A stretch of 64,000 bases of DNA. Source: Candidatus Palauibacter poriticola (lineage in GTDB: Bacteria > Gemmatimonadota > Gemmatimonadetes > Palauibacterales > Palauibacteraceae). Below, in pieces: positions 29,257 through 38,748 of the stretch. Position 1 is the stretch's first letter; each line of letters begins with the position of its first letter. A program made the translations under genes and the position numbers. The stretch spans positions 8,083-72,082 of the forward strand of contig JAAXHJ010000070.1 of the NCBI GenBank assembly GCA_012270965.1, written 5' to 3'. The notes below the pieces were generated by a model, which saw only the letters and a list, made by a program, of their open reading frames with translations, was not told the origin of the DNA and searched no databases.

Positions 29257-30090
29257 GCGTCGCGGGCCCGGTGGATGGTCTGGATGAAACTCTCGACGTC
29301 GAACGTATCGCCGGCGATGACGATCTCGTCACCCACGAAAGGCTTCGGGTCCGACTGGTGTCGGATATCATCCAAGTTATCCGGCCGCCGCCAAGACCGG
29401 GTGCTGCTGATGGTCTGCACGGTAAGGGATCGCCAAGTGCCGTCGGCGTCAAATCTGCCTTCGCCTTCCACGCGGACGTATTGCGTGGCGAACTCACGCA
29501 TGACGTCTGCGTGACGGGCATCGAAGAGAAGGTGGATATGCCGATTACCGTACCGATGCAGCTGTGCCGTTCCCTGATCCCAATTTATCTCTAGAAGCCG
29601 TCCCTCGGCGATGGCCGTCTCGGGATGTGCTGGGGGGGCATGTGAGATGGGGCGGGGGACGGGTATCGCAACGACGCGTGTGCGAGTAGAATCGTGCAGT
29701 TGAATGGAGCTGCTCTCGGCTGAAACGTCAGAAGCGATCGCCGACAGCTCGGCGGTGACATCGGTGGGCAATGACGTCTCGTCATCGGGGTGCCAGCCGA
29801 GCAGCGCGTCGCGGGCCGCACGACCATGGTCTTGAAGGTCGAGTTGTTCGTCCGCCCCGGCGGAGCAGGCGAGTTCAAGGACCATGGATCCAGGGGATGT
29901 TCGGATCAGGCGCAACGCGCTCGCGCGACGGAGCCAATCGGTAGGACGCCCGGTGCTGGACGGAACTCCGGCGATGTGCCGCACCATGAGTCGCAGGGCC
30001 CTTTGCAGGTGCCGCAGGATCTTATCCAATCATCAAGGGACACGCCCTTATCGGGTGTGATCCCCCCGAAGCGAACATGTAGCCGAGAGC
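29253..30090 (-). CDS. Hypothetical protein, probably frameshifted near its 5' end
   Basis: 258-aa ORF 29253-30029 (LRLIRTSPGSMVLEL...EGRLLEINW...). An upstream frame reading RLHVRFGGITPDKGVSLDD joins it if one T is added near 30030; GGAGG at ~30094-30098. Confidence 0.6.
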
Positions 30091-30151
30091 CAGTCGGGCA
30101 ACACCTCCGCTGTAATGGGGGCCAGTCTGGAGCTTCTCGAGAACGTCGCTG

Positions 30152-30172
30152 AAACCACCGAAGGGTCGGTGG
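30152..30172 (-). terminator. Possible intrinsic terminator
   Basis: Hairpin CCACCGA-aggg-TCGGTGG followed on the minus strand by only TTT, about 40 bp past the stop at 30214. Confidence 0.3.
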
Positions 30173-30213
30173 CCGACCGGTGCCGCGCAAGCGGAGGTCC
30201 CGGGCCCGTGATC

Positions 30214-30921
30214 CTATCGCGACTGCCGATTTGTCGCTTGATCGGCGGGGGTCGGGGCCAGTTGCAGGGCCCGGGTGTACACGAGGTCGTCCAGGGGGGA
30301 GTCGTCCCCGCCCCCGGAGTTCGCCGCTAGGTGGAGCACGATCGGTGCCTCCGCCTCGGGGGCGCGCCATTCGAACGTCCACTGCGCGACGCCGCCCGCC
30401 ACCGCGGAGCCGGCACGGGTGTGCTGTACGTACTCGGTGCCGCCGTCCTCCCCGCGGGCGACGGTGACCCGGTCGTCGAGCGAACGGACCTCGCCGGCGC
30501 CGGTGCCGCGCCGACCCCCGTCTTGGAAGCGGAATGATCCCTGGAAGCCGGCGGCGAGCATGTCGAAGCTCTCGAAACGGATCGTCACCGGGTGGCGCTG
30601 GCCGGGGCGGTAGCCGTTGTCGAGGCCGACCACCTCCAGCGCGGACCCCGGTTCGTTGAGCGGAGCGCCGAAGTGACAGGTGGCGCAGGTCGGCTCCCCG
30701 AAGCCCCCCGTGTGGCCCGGGGGAGGCCCCTCGATGTGCGGTGGCGCATGCCCCCCGGTGCCGGAGTTCAGCACGCCCGCCGCTGCCACGCCTGCCACGG
30801 CGCGCGGCCCGGTGCCGGAGTTTGCCGCGCCCGTCGCGGCCCACACGCCTGCCTCGCCTGGGGCGACCATCGCGAAGAGGCCCGCGGCGCACAGCGCGAC
30901 TGCGGTCCCGGGAAGGGACAT
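30214..30921 (-). CDS. Secreted Reeler-like (choice-of-anchor V type) protein with CxxCH motif
   Basis: Signal-like N-terminus; GPPPGHTGGFGEPTCATCH, GYRPGQRHPVTI, AGFQ, WTFEWRAP, AANSGGGDDSPLDDLVY. ATG overlaps the upstream TGA. Confidence 0.7.
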   Translation of the reverse strand: MSLPGTAVALCAAGLFAMVAPGEAGVWAATGAANSGTGPRAVAGVAAAGVLNSGTGGHAPPHIEGPPPGHTGGFGEPTCATCHFGAPLNEPGSALEVVGLDNGYRPGQRHPVTIRFESFDMLAAGFQGSFRFQDGGRRGTGAGEVRSLDDRVTVARGEDGGTEYVQHTRAGSAVAGGVAQWTFEWRAPEAEAPIVLHLAANSGGGDDSPLDDLVYTRALQLAPTPADQATNRQSR

Positions 30922-31997
30922 CAGCGCGAGCGCGGCGAGACCACCGCCCGCCCGACCGTGTTCACGTCCGCCCCGAACCAGATCGAGTCCGTGTCCGGAT
31001 CGTAGTACATGTGCCGGATCGTGCCGCCCCCGCTCGGCACGTCGAGCGTGCCCACGAACTCCTCCGTGCCGGTGTCGAAGCCGACGAACCGGTTCGGCTG
31101 GATCCCCGTCTCCACGAGCCACACGACGTCGTACTTGTCGATCGCCACGCCGTAGGGGCGGGACTCCTCGGCCGCCGGCAGGTCGTATTCCCGCTGGAAC
31201 CCGCCGCCCTCGACGACGAGACCGATCTTCCCCCGGCTGTAGTCGACGTACCAGATCCGGTCCTTCGAGTCGATTACGAGTCGGCGCGCCCGCGCGCCCT
31301 CGGGCAGGTCGTAGCCGATGAGTTCGAACGAGGACGGCTCCACCATCCCGATCAGGTTCGTGTTGAAGTGTGCGATCCAGGGCCGGTTCTCCGAGTCCAG
31401 CTTGACCCCGTATGGACGGCTCGAGCCCATGCCGCGGCGCGTCTCGACCTCGGGCGCCTCCACCAGCCGCACCTCCCTCGACTCCTTGTCGAGGAAACCG
31501 ATCAGGTTCCCGCCCTGCACGGAGAACCAGATGTCCCCGTTGTCGTCCCAGATCAGCGTGTGCGGATCGCGCGCCCGCTCGTCCGGCATCATGATCTTGT
31601 CGATCTCGCCCGTGGCCGGATCGATGATCCCGATGTGGTTCGCCCGGTTGCCGGCGTAGTAGACCATCCCGTCGTCGTCGACGATCAGGTTGTGGGGCCC
31701 CGTGCCGTCGTCCATGTCGTAGCGCCTGAACTCGCCGGTGGCCGGGTCCAGCACGGCGGCGTAGTGCGCGGCCTGTCCCACGAACCAGACGCGCCCGTCC
31801 GGTCCGACGAACGGGTCGCGCGGACGGCTGTCGGGGTAGGGCACCGTCCATTCCTCGATGGTGAGAACGTCGGTCGTCGCCGTATGGTCCTGCGCCGCCG
31901 CCTCCGCGGAACCGACGAGCAACAACGCCGCCGCGAACCCCGCCGCCGCCGCGAGCCCCGCCGCCGCAAGCGTCGCGACCCGAATTCGATGAATCAT
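30921..31997 (-). CDS. Secreted virginiamycin-B-lyase (Vgb)-like beta-propeller
   Basis: Signal peptide (AEAAAQ); repeated blades SRPRDPFVGPDGRVWF, GPHNLIVDDDGMVYY, DPHTLIWDDNGDIWF, RPYGVKLD. Confidence 0.82.
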   Translation of the reverse strand: MIHRIRVATLAAAGLAAAAGFAAALLLVGSAEAAAQDHTATTDVLTIEEWTVPYPDSRPRDPFVGPDGRVWFVGQAAHYAAVLDPATGEFRRYDMDDGTGPHNLIVDDDGMVYYAGNRANHIGIIDPATGEIDKIMMPDERARDPHTLIWDDNGDIWFSVQGGNLIGFLDKESREVRLVEAPEVETRRGMGSSRPYGVKLDSENRPWIAHFNTNLIGMVEPSSFELIGYDLPEGARARRLVIDSKDRIWYVDYSRGKIGLVVEGGGFQREYDLPAAEESRPYGVAIDKYDVVWLVETGIQPNRFVGFDTGTEEFVGTLDVPSGGGTIRHMYYDPDTDSIWFGADVNTVGRAVVSPRSR

Positions 31998-33454
31998 GTC
32001 CGTACCTCCTCGATCGCCGTTGCGGCTCCATGCCTCGCCGCCCGCACCCTGGGCGTCAGATAGATATTGGCGGTCAGACGGCCGAACAGAAAGCCGGTGA
32101 AGGCGGCCGTCGCGCCGGCCCAGCCCAGCCCCCAGCCGACCGCGACGAACACGCCGGCCACGGCCGTGATCTCCGCTGCGGTCCCCACGATGATCGGACC
32201 CGTCGTTCGGTGCCGGATCAGCGTGCCCCGCTGGAGCGAGAGGAGGACGCCGAGGAAGGGGACGGGGGTGAGTACGCGGGCGGCCGGAATCGCGAAGGAG
32301 GCGAGTTCCGGCGTGAGGCCGGACACGTGGACGAACCAGAGTTGGGAGAGCGGGGTGAACGCGAGGAGCGCGAGGATGCCGGAGAGCGTCGCGCCGAGAC
32401 CGATCGCGAAGCGGCGGATCTCCTCGTAGCCCTCGTTCCCCCGGCCCAGGAGCGCGATGACCGCGTCCTGAAAGCTGAGACCCACGGAACGGAAGATGAA
32501 CCCGAGCGAGTGCACGACGGGGAACACGGCGAGCGACTCGACCGGCGACGCGGCGCGGCCCATGAAAAAGGTGAGCATCGGCTGAATCGCGATCCCGATC
32601 AGCGACGTGAGCATCAGGGGCACGTAGAAGCGGCCGATTTCACCGAAGCGCAGTTCGCCGCCCTCCGTCCCCGCGCCCGGCCCCGGGTCGGCGGTCGAGA
32701 CGCCAACGCGGCCGATCTCCGCGATGTCGTGGGGGTCCGCCGCAACCGTCACGGGGTCGGGCGCGCCCGCCCGGCGGGGGGCCGGGCCGAGCAGGGCGCG
32801 AATGGCGTCCCGGGCCATCCAGCGCGCGACCGCCGCCTCCGTCACGACGCCGAAGGAGAGCGCGGAGGCCCCGACCGCGGCGCCGGGGAGGTCCGTGGCG
32901 ATGGCGAAGGTGAGCGCGGCGACCGACATCGAGACGAGCCGCACGACCGTCCCGCCCGCCACGAGCCTCGTTCGCCCGGCCCGGATGAGCACGCCCTGCC
33001 AGAAGCGCCGGTAGCCGATGGCGGCCGGCCAAGGCAGGAAGCACCACAGCGCTCCGTACGTCAGGCGCGCCAGGTCCTCCGGCAGTCCGAGCACCCCCAG
33101 CATGAGCCCGCGGTGCACCGGAGGCACGAGCACGAAGAGGAGCAGCAGCGTGGAGAAGGCGTTCAGACCGTGCGCGAACGTCCGCAGCCGCCGGTACGAA
33201 ACGGCGTCCTCCACGAGGGCCGTGGAGGCGCTCAGCAGCATGATGACCGGCGCCTCCATCAGCACGGCGAGCGCGATCGCCACGCCGTAGGCCGCCAGCC
33301 CCAGCGTGGGATCCGGCAGCCGCGCCACAACCGCCGCCAGATAGGGCCCCTCGACCGCCATCATCAACCACGTGGCGGCCAGCGGGGCCCAGAAGGCGAC
33401 GATCCGGCGTGCGGAATGGTCGGTCGTCGAGCGGGCCGCGGAGTCGGAAGGCAT
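31994..33454 (-). CDS. ANKH-like / MATE-superfamily membrane transporter
   Basis: About 12 TM segments in two halves; FWAPLAATWLMMAVEGP...LAAYGVA...EAPVIMLL and FYVPLMLTSLI half-repeat starts. Confidence 0.65.
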   Translation of the reverse strand: MPSDSAARSTTDHSARRIVAFWAPLAATWLMMAVEGPYLAAVVARLPDPTLGLAAYGVAIALAVLMEAPVIMLLSASTALVEDAVSYRRLRTFAHGLNAFSTLLLLFVLVPPVHRGLMLGVLGLPEDLARLTYGALWCFLPWPAAIGYRRFWQGVLIRAGRTRLVAGGTVVRLVSMSVAALTFAIATDLPGAAVGASALSFGVVTEAAVARWMARDAIRALLGPAPRRAGAPDPVTVAADPHDIAEIGRVGVSTADPGPGAGTEGGELRFGEIGRFYVPLMLTSLIGIAIQPMLTFFMGRAASPVESLAVFPVVHSLGFIFRSVGLSFQDAVIALLGRGNEGYEEIRRFAIGLGATLSGILALLAFTPLSQLWFVHVSGLTPELASFAIPAARVLTPVPFLGVLLSLQRGTLIRHRTTGPIIVGTAAEITAVAGVFVAVGWGLGWAGATAAFTGFLFGRLTANIYLTPRVRAARHGAATAIEEVRT

Positions 33455-33478
33455 GCGGCGGTGCGTTCTCCCGGAAGC

Positions 33479-33919
33479 TCAGCCGAACAGGGCTTCCAAG
33501 CGCTCCAGCGACCATGTCCACCCAAGGCGGTGTCCCTCCGCCGCCCCCGCGGCGGGGAAGCCTTCATGCGCGAGAATGACCTCGGTCGACGCTTCGCCGG
33601 CCACGAACTCGACGGTGACGAGCGTCTCGCCCACCGCGGTTTCCGGCTCCCGCCAGTCCCAGGTATACACAAGCCGGTTCGGAGGGCGGATCTCGCGGTA
33701 CACGCCGAACGCCGTATGGAGCGTCCCCTCCTCCGCCTCGATGACAAGGCGGTACGATCCCCCGGGCGCGAGGTCGACCTGCGAGTCGCGGATCGTCGCG
33801 CCCGGAGGGCAGGACCACCGCCGGATCAGATCCGGTTCGGTCCAGGCGCGGAATACCGCCTCGGGAGACGCGGGAATCACTCTCCGGACGCGGCAGCGTC
33901 GGTCTGCGGAAGCGGCCAT
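33479..33919 (-). CDS. SRPBCC (AHSA1-like) domain protein
   Basis: RRVIPASPEAVFRAWTEPDLIRRW, GVYREIRPPNRLVYTW, HRLGWTWSLERL; GGAGGAG RBS before ATG 33919. Confidence 0.88.
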   Translation of the reverse strand: MAASADRRCRVRRVIPASPEAVFRAWTEPDLIRRWSCPPGATIRDSQVDLAPGGSYRLVIEAEEGTLHTAFGVYREIRPPNRLVYTWDWREPETAVGETLVTVEFVAGEASTEVILAHEGFPAAGAAEGHRLGWTWSLERLEALFG

Positions 33920-34091
33920 CTGGATTCTCCTCCGAGCTTGGGGGGGATGCCGGGCGGAATCGCGTGTGGAGCGCGGCCCTGAGATTCTGCGCCGAATCTG
34001 GCGCAAGGGGAACCGGCGGGATCAGGTTGTCCATTCGTAGATGGTTGGCGACCCGTCGGACAAGGACCCCCCCTTGGATCGTGAATCGATC

Positions 34092-34667
34092 GTGATTCCC
34101 CGCAAGCTGCTCGTTCCAGCCGTCGTCTTCGGCCTGTGTTTGCCGGCCGGGGCGGCCGCCCAGGGATCTCCCTCGAACCGAGACCGGTTCGCCCTCTTTA
34201 CCGGCTGCGGTCCCGTCCCGGTGGAGGTCTTCGTCACCAACTCGGGCGGGCCGGCCAACATCACGACGCCGTTCGTGGAGAGCATGGCGGCGAGCCGGCT
34301 GCGGGCGGCCGGGATCGACGCCCCCGCCGGCCGGCCAGGCGGGTCCACGCTCCAGTTGTCCGTCTTCGTCAGTGCACAGAGGATCACCGCAAACGCCGTC
34401 GTAACGGTCCACGTCATCCGTCTACGCCTCCTGAAGCTCGTCTACGACCGCCAGAGCGATCCCCGGATGGGAGGGGCCGGGCGCCGCTCGGAGGACTCCC
34501 CCGGCGCCGCGCCGGAATGGCTGAATTGGGCCCCGACGTGGGAAACCCCGCAACAGGGAATCGGCTTCTATCTCGGGCGCGACGGGGATCCCGTCACGAA
34601 TCTGGTCGGCAGGATGCTGGACGAATTCGCGCGCGAGTACCTGCGCGTCAACGCGGAGGCGTGCTAG
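34092..34667 (+). CDS. Hypothetical secreted protein
   Basis: Signal peptide KLLVPAVVFGLCLPAGAAAQ; RFALFTGC...SRLRAA...LDEFAREYLRVNAEAC. Start uncertain (34041 or 34092). Confidence 0.65.
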   Translation: MIPRKLLVPAVVFGLCLPAGAAAQGSPSNRDRFALFTGCGPVPVEVFVTNSGGPANITTPFVESMAASRLRAAGIDAPAGRPGGSTLQLSVFVSAQRITANAVVTVHVIRLRLLKLVYDRQSDPRMGGAGRRSEDSPGAAPEWLNWAPTWETPQQGIGFYLGRDGDPVTNLVGRMLDEFAREYLRVNAEAC

Positions 34668-34830
34668 CGGGCGGGCCCTGGCCCACCGGGCGCTCACCGC
34701 TCTCGGCGCCAAGGCGGGGTGCGCCGCGGCCCGCCGCCCGATTGCCGCCGGGTGCGGCCCGTGCCTAGGTTGCTCGATTCCGCGGTGCGCCAACCCGGCT
34801 ACGCGTGCACCCATTCCGAGAGGATCGCCG

Positions 34831-36399
34831 TTGCGCAAGCTCCGCGTAGGTATCGTGGACCTTGTCTCGAAGGGACCCACGAAGGCCCTGTACGCCAAGG
34901 TGATGCACGCGAATCTCGCGAGCATCATGCCGCAGGTCCTCGGCTCGTGGTGCGAGGAAGCCGGGCACGACGTGAGCCTCGTGTGCTACACCGGTCTCGA
35001 GGACCTCGTCGACGACCTCCCGCGGGATATCGACCTGCTCTTCGTGAGCGCCTTCTCGCAGGGCGCCCAGCTCTCCTACGCGATCAGCGAGCTGTTCCGC
35101 CGGCGGGGCGCGGTGACCTGTATCGGCGGCCCGCACGCCCGCTGCTATCCCCAGGACGCGCGGAAGTACTTCGACTACGTGTTCGGCTTTACCGACCAAG
35201 CGGTGCTGAACGAAGTTCTGGACGAGTGCCTCTCCCACCGTCCGCTCGGCCGCCACGTCACCGCCGAGACGCAGCCGCTCTCCCTGCCCGGGGTGCGCGC
35301 CCGCTGGAAGTTCATCGAGCCGACGCTCCGGAAGGCGCCGCTCTTCAAGATCGTCCCCATGCTCGGCAGCCTCGGGTGCCCGTACACGTGCAGCTTCTGC
35401 ATCGATTCGGTCATTCCCTACCAACCGCTCGATTTCGACGAGATGCGGGACGACCTCCGCTTCCTCGCAAACAAGATGAGGAGACCGATCGTCGGTTGGC
35501 ACGATCCCAACTTCGGCGTCCGGTTCGACGACGTGCTCGGGGCCATCGAGGCGGCCGTCCCTCCCGGGACGATCGAGTTCATCGCGGAGAGCAGCCTCTC
35601 CCTCCTCGCCGAGCCGCGCCTCAAGCGCCTCGCGAAGGCCGGGTTCCGGGCGCTCCTGCCCGGCGTCGAGTCCTGGTACACGCTGGGGAACAAGTCGAAG
35701 TCCCGGAACCGTCACGGGATCGAGAAGGTCCGCCAGGTGTCGGACCATTCCAACCTCATCACGAGCTACATCCCCTATCTCCAGACCAACTTCGTGATGG
35801 GTCTCGATTGCGACGAGGGTCCCGAGCCCTTCGAGCTGACGAAGAGGTTCCTCGATGCCTCGCCCGCCGCCTTCCCCGGCTACTCCCTGCTCACGTCGTT
35901 CGGGGAAGCGGCCCCGCTCAACCTCGAATACCAGCAGGAAGGACGGGTGCTCGGCTTCCCGTTCCACTTCCTCAACAACAACCACGCGATGAACCTCAAG
36001 CCGAAGAACTACGAGTGGATCGAGTTCTACGACCGCGTCATCGACCTCACGCGGTACAGCTTCTCGAAGCGGGCGGTGTGGCGTCGCCTGAGGGCCAACC
36101 GCGGCGGTATCCCGAGGCTCCTGAACGCCGTGCGCGCCCTCTCCTCGGAGGGGAACGGGAGGATCGCGTACTACACGACCGTGCGCGACAAGCTCAGGAC
36201 GGACAGGAAGTTTCGGGACTACTTCGAGGGCGAGACGAAGGCGTTGCCGCAGTTCTACATCGACCGGGTGAAACACGATCTCGGGCCGCTGTGGGAGTTC
36301 CTGCCCGAGGGCGCGATCGAGCACGACCCCTACGCGTACCTCAAGAGCACCGGGGGCACGACGCCGGCGCGGGCCCGGGCCGGGGCGGTCGTCCACTGA
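34831..36399 (+). CDS. B12-binding-domain radical SAM protein
   Basis: N-terminal Rossmann-like domain ending IGGPHA; SLGCPYTCSFC (CxxxCxxC); DPNF, GVES, NFVMGLD. Confidence 0.9.
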   Translation: MRKLRVGIVDLVSKGPTKALYAKVMHANLASIMPQVLGSWCEEAGHDVSLVCYTGLEDLVDDLPRDIDLLFVSAFSQGAQLSYAISELFRRRGAVTCIGGPHARCYPQDARKYFDYVFGFTDQAVLNEVLDECLSHRPLGRHVTAETQPLSLPGVRARWKFIEPTLRKAPLFKIVPMLGSLGCPYTCSFCIDSVIPYQPLDFDEMRDDLRFLANKMRRPIVGWHDPNFGVRFDDVLGAIEAAVPPGTIEFIAESSLSLLAEPRLKRLAKAGFRALLPGVESWYTLGNKSKSRNRHGIEKVRQVSDHSNLITSYIPYLQTNFVMGLDCDEGPEPFELTKRFLDASPAAFPGYSLLTSFGEAAPLNLEYQQEGRVLGFPFHFLNNNHAMNLKPKNYEWIEFYDRVIDLTRYSFSKRAVWRRLRANRGGIPRLLNAVRALSSEGNGRIAYYTTVRDKLRTDRKFRDYFEGETKALPQFYIDRVKHDLGPLWEFLPEGAIEHDPYAYLKSTGGTTPARARAGAVVH

Positions 36400-36469
36400 T
36401 CGAGGGGCGGACCCGGCAGCCGGGGACCGGTCCCGGGTCGGAGCCGCCCTCGAAGCCAACCACTTCACC

Positions 36470-36766
36470 ATGTCACGAGCTTTCGTCAACGAGGACGCGA
36501 CCCACGAACCCGAGCCGCGCTACATCCTTCCCCCGCGCGAGTCGCCGCGCTTCGAGGCGGCCGCGGCGCGAGTCCTGCTCGAAGGCGCCCACATCGGCAA
36601 CACGAGGAGCGCCGAGACCGCGACCGGCCACGCTTGGGGCGACCTCGCACTCGTCCCGCACATCGAGGATCTGATCCGCGAAGCGGAGGGACTCGGCGAC
36701 GAACGCATGGCCCGCCTCGGCCGCCGCTACCTCCAGACTGCGGCCCGCAACGAGCAAAGCCGCTGA
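36470..36766 (+). CDS. Small hypothetical protein
   Basis: 98-aa ORF with host-like codon usage; N-terminus MSRAFVNED resembles that of short GreA/GreB-like proteins, but no Gre C-terminal domain is evident. Confidence 0.6.
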   Translation: MSRAFVNEDATHEPEPRYILPPRESPRFEAAAARVLLEGAHIGNTRSAETATGHAWGDLALVPHIEDLIREAEGLGDERMARLGRRYLQTAARNEQSR

Positions 36767-37173
36767 GAACGCCGGTAGATGATCGTACGCTGTGGGATCG
36801 ACCCCCTGAACCGGTGGATCTCATGGCCTCCAAGCCTCACGCACCGTACTCCGTACTCCCTCCTCCTCGAAGTCGAGGCGATTCAGGGGAGACCGAGAAA
36901 GCGTACCCGAGTCGGCGACCACAGCCCATCGCGGCTCAGTCCCTGTCCCTCGAGATGCTTCGGATGGTCTGAAAGGCCCGTATCCAATGAGCGTCGCGGA
37001 GTCTTGATGCGGGGTGTGGGGATGCGCCTGCACGTCCGCCCGTACTCGGCGTATGTTGTCCGGTGATCGCCCACTGCGATGTGGATGTGGTAGCGTGTCC
37101 TCTCGACGGTCTCCGGATGTCGCCGCGTGCACGGAACGTAGAAAGACACGACGAACGGGGGGAAGGGAACACC

Positions 37174-37807
37174 GTGACAGCCAGCAGCAAAGAAAACGCC
37201 ACGCAGTCCATTCCGGCCGGTGCCGTCTTCCACCGGTGCGCGCTCCAGGTGAACCCGGTTGCGTACGCGAAGAAGTTTCGCGGCAAGAAGGCCGGTGGGG
37301 ACGGGCGCGCTCACGCCGACGCCATCGTGTCGAAGGCGGTCGAACTTGGCGTGTCCGTTCTGGCCATCACGAATCACAACGAGGTAAGTGGGCTCTCGGA
37401 TTTTCGGGCTGCGGTCGCGGGACGAGGAATCACCGTGTTCCCCGGCTTTGAACTCACGTCGTCCGAAGGAATCCACGTGTTATGCATGTACGAATCTAAC
37501 ACGGACAAGAGCCGGTTGGAGCGTTTCCTCGGCGAGTTCGGAATTCACGAGCCCGGATCTTCGTCGAGCCTGTCCAACCAATCCTTCCAGGAGATCCTGG
37601 CGACGGTCCGGCGGCAGGATGGAATCACGATCGCCGCGCATGTAACCAGCGATAACGGCTTGTTGAAAGTGTTACAAGGGCAGTCAAGGATCACCCGTGG
37701 TGAGAACGGTGGATGGCGAGGTCTCGAACTTGTCGCCAGAAGACATCCTTCCCCGGGTCGAGGTATACGGTCAGCACGAGATTGCCGAACTCACGCGGAG
37801 CCGTACT
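37174..37807 (+). pseudogene. PHP-domain plus AAA-ATPase (TrlF/Ppl-like) defence gene remnant
   Basis: GAVFHRCALQVN, LAITNHN, FPGFELTSSEGIHVLC, IAAHV (PHP domain). At ~37692 it jumps to another frame, PVVRTVDGEVSNLSPEDILPRVEVYGQHEIAELT, which resembles the post-Walker-A part of this family, and then stops at the IS end. Confidence 0.7.
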
Positions 37808-38072
37808 ATATAGTGCCCCCGATTTCTCTGGACAGTAGTTTAGCAACCCTTCCGGGGTCCAAGAGAGAGGAGGCACTCAATGTCTCGGAGTACGGAAGAG
37901 CAGGATTCGGCGAAGAGCCGCGGGCGGCCGGAAGGCCTGCCGAAGCGGTGGAGCGCGCAGCGGAAGGCCGAGGTGGTGTTGCGGCTGCTGCGGGGCGAGG
38001 ACATTGGCGAGGTGAGCCGAGAGATCCGGGTTGCGCCGCCGGAGCTGGAGCGGTGGCGGCGGGTGTTCCTGG
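37808..38072 (+). mobile_element. IS3-family remnant: left inverted repeat and 5' part of orfA
   Basis: TAGTGCCCCCGATTTCTCTGGACA resembles an IS3-type terminal IR; GAGGAGG RBS, then RWSAQRKAEVVLRLLRGEDIGEVSREIRVAPPELERWRRVFL transposase HTH. No orfB or right IR seen. Confidence 0.6.
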
Positions 38073-38740
38073 ATTTTTCGACGGTAACAGCCGGACGCAC
38101 GGCACCCACGGTTGATGGGACACTCCTGTTCGGAAAGAACCCGAAACGAGCCCTTCCCCAGTCGGGAATCCGGGCTCTTTGCCATCCGGGCGAAGAACCC
38201 GACTACGCGACTCGTGCCGACGAGGACCTGAGAGGGCCCTTGGTTCCGCTCCTCAACGAGGGAGGGGCCATCGTGGAAGCCGGCTTGGTTGACCAAGCTT
38301 GGGATTTCGTGCGACGCAATACGACGCCCTCCGCCCACCTGAGGGGCACGCGGCGCGTTGACTGTTGGGAATATCCGGAGAGCGTGATCCGGGAAGCCGT
38401 GGGCAACGCACTCGTTCACCGCGACTACAGCATCACCGGCACGGACGTCACGCTCGCCATCTATTCGAACCGCCTTGAAGTCGTGAGCCCGGGTCGCTTG
38501 CCCAACACCGTGACCCCCGATGGGATGAAGTCGGGCATGCGCTATGCGCGCAACCAGAATCTGGTCAACGTCATGCGCGACTACGGATACGTCGACGCAC
38601 GCGGCATGGGAGTTCGGAACCAGATCATTCCAGGGATGCGGGCCCACAACGGAACCGAACCGGAGCTGCTGGAGGAAGAGCATCGCTTCGCGGTGCGGCT
38701 GTGGAATACGGGCGAGTCAAAGCCGGAGGACCATGACTAA
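37880..38740 (+). CDS. In-frame chimera: IS OrfA HTH fused to an ATP-binding (RecG C-terminal/HATPase_c_4-like) domain
   Basis: After about residue 62: PTVDGTLLFGKNP...EYPESVIREAVGNALVHRDYS...RLEVVSPGRLP...RNQNLVNVMRDYGYVDARGMGV. Confidence 0.75.
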   Translation: MSRSTEEQDSAKSRGRPEGLPKRWSAQRKAEVVLRLLRGEDIGEVSREIRVAPPELERWRRVFLDFSTVTAGRTAPTVDGTLLFGKNPKRALPQSGIRALCHPGEEPDYATRADEDLRGPLVPLLNEGGAIVEAGLVDQAWDFVRRNTTPSAHLRGTRRVDCWEYPESVIREAVGNALVHRDYSITGTDVTLAIYSNRLEVVSPGRLPNTVTPDGMKSGMRYARNQNLVNVMRDYGYVDARGMGVRNQIIPGMRAHNGTEPELLEEEHRFAVRLWNTGESKPEDHD

Positions 38741-38748
38741 GCCGAAGG

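Noticed and set aside
36770-37170. Lower-GC segment with a possible minus-strand gene remnant (ERTRYHIHIAVGDHRTTYAEY)
   Set aside because: No family recognised and no clear start or stop; needs BLASTx.
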